Source: Candidatus Latescibacterota bacterium
GTDB taxonomy: Bacteria > Latescibacterota > CBDEFO01
Assembly: GCA_965237525.1 (NCBI GenBank)
Contig: CBDEFO010000008.1
Location: forward strand, 1,536,001-1,600,000
Length of the DNA stretch: 64,000 nt
Reading direction: 5' to 3'
Below the pieces are notes generated by a model. It was given only the letters and a program-made list of their open reading frames with translations. It was not told where the DNA came from and did no database searches. Position 1 is the stretch's first letter. Every line of letters begins with the position of its first letter. Positions 62,640 through 64,000 of the stretch are shown here, piece by piece. A program made the position numbers and the translations under genes.

Positions 62640-62932
62640 AACAAGTGGACAAGTGGGACTAAAGGCGAAACATAGGTAAACACGGTAGACCGGACGGAGG
62701 TAAAGAGGCGGCAAAGTTTCTAAACTGTTGAGGAAGGTACGTAAACTATCTCTTAAAATCGAAAATGTGATCCTTCACCTGTAGAGGCCGGGGTTAACCA
62801 GTCCCTGGGCGAGGCGGCGTGGGCACTCCGTGCTCTGCTGCTCCCCAAGGTGAGTGATGATCGATAACAAGCTACGACGTGAGTGGCTTTGCCACTACTT
62901 CTGCCTACTGTTCTTATGATGGGAGATTAGCC

Positions 62933-63862
62933 TTGAGTACTGTTAAAGTGGAGAATATGCTGGGGTTGATCTTTAGCACCCCGATTGTTAGACTCAACAG
63001 AGTAGTCGACCAAGATTGTGCCGAAATCTGGGGCAAGTTAGAATCCTTCAACCCTGGCGGAAGCGTCAAGGACAGGATAGCCCTCTCTATGATCGAAACT
63101 GCAGAACGGGACGGACGCTTGAAGCCCGGCATGACGATCATCGAACCGACAAGCGGCAACACCGGGATCGGCCTGGCACTGGTTGCTGCCGTCAAAGGTT
63201 ACAGAATGATCGTTACAATGCCGGATACTCCCAGCGTGGTCGAAAGGAGGAGCATCTTCAAGGCCTATGGAACCGAGCTGATTTTGACACCAGCCTGGGA
63301 CGGTATGCAGGGAGCAATAGACAAAGCCGTGGAACTCCAGTCTGGAAACCCTGAGGAATATTTTATCCCTCAACAGTTTGAAAATCCTGCCAACCCCGAG
63401 ATTCACAGGAGGACCACGGCCCTCGAGATTCTAAACCAGATGGATGGAAAACTCGATGCCTTTGTCGCCGGAGTCGGAACCGGCGGCACGGTCACAGGTG
63501 TGGGAGAAGTCCTAAAAAAAGAGCTCCCGAACGTAAAGATAGTGGCTGCTGAGCCTCAAGAATCTGCAGTCCTGTCGGGCGGAGTTCCTGGCATTACTGG
63601 CATCGAAGGATGGGGCGCAGGATTTATCCCCGCTGTCCTGAACAGGGACACAATAGACGAAGTAATAACGGTCTCCACCGAAGACGCCTCCCTTATGGCA
63701 AGGAGACTTGCCAGAGAAGAGGGGATATTAGCAGGAACGTCAGCGGGTGGAGCGGTTTGGGCGGCCTTGAAAGTCGCAGAAGATATGGGCCCAGGAAAGG
63801 TCGTAGCGGTCATCCTTCCCGACAGGGGGGAAAGGTATCTCAGCACTACTTATGCAGATTGA
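62933..63862 (+). CDS. cysK: cysteine synthase A
   Basis: NPGGSVKDR, EPTSGNTGIGLA, QQFENPANP..H, GVGTGGT, PDRGERYLS; TTG 62933 after GGGAG. Confidence 0.92.
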   Translation: MSTVKVENMLGLIFSTPIVRLNRVVDQDCAEIWGKLESFNPGGSVKDRIALSMIETAERDGRLKPGMTIIEPTSGNTGIGLALVAAVKGYRMIVTMPDTPSVVERRSIFKAYGTELILTPAWDGMQGAIDKAVELQSGNPEEYFIPQQFENPANPEIHRRTTALEILNQMDGKLDAFVAGVGTGGTVTGVGEVLKKELPNVKIVAAEPQESAVLSGGVPGITGIEGWGAGFIPAVLNRDTIDEVITVSTEDASLMARRLAREEGILAGTSAGGAVWAALKVAEDMGPGKVVAVILPDRGERYLSTTYAD

Positions 63863-64000
63863 CCATTATTCCCAAAACACTATTAAACAACTATATACAC
63901 GATAACACCCAATATTTACTTAACTTTATCACTTCATTGTATTATTATGGTGCTATATGATTTTATACCACTTTTGATAGGCTATGGACACTATTTGGAC

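Overview
Bacterial chromosomal window from a diderm. An FCB-group or Latescibacterota-like lineage is inferred only from a QNFPNPFN/FlgD-type C-terminal tail. The housekeeping backbone comprises glnK-amtB-porin, parAB, glnA, nrnA, a Lon-type protease, a hemJ-like gene, bioA, accA, murD and a SAM-I-riboswitch-controlled thrC/cysM/mec/sulfur-carrier/NIL/rrf2/cysK operon. Accessory and decaying DNA is interleaved: IS481/IS256/IS3-like pieces, a visibly GC-richer two-component island (9.1-17.3 kb) built around an outer-membrane barrel + YfiR + CHASE8 kinase, a twice amber-interrupted FG-GAP/ASPIC gene, and a complete 4853-bp IS1595 transporter element (24-bp IRs, 8-bp TSD) carrying a restriction-modification gene and nested remnants of another IS1595. 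Notable features not shown by the ORF track: (i) a ~370-nt multi-helix non-coding RNA candidate at 40148-40520; (ii) a near-identical 11-10-11 palindromic operator 3 nt behind the -10 box of both the glnK-amtB promoter and a promoter upstream of glnA; (iii) a chimeric barrel carrying the N-terminal peptide typical of YfiR-linked TonB receptors; (iv) a 23-bp palindromic mini-repeat present five times; (v) a 6S-like rod RNA candidate. Family calls are from motif recognition by eye; no database searches were run. Several single-base frameshifts lie in short homopolymers and may be assembly errors.
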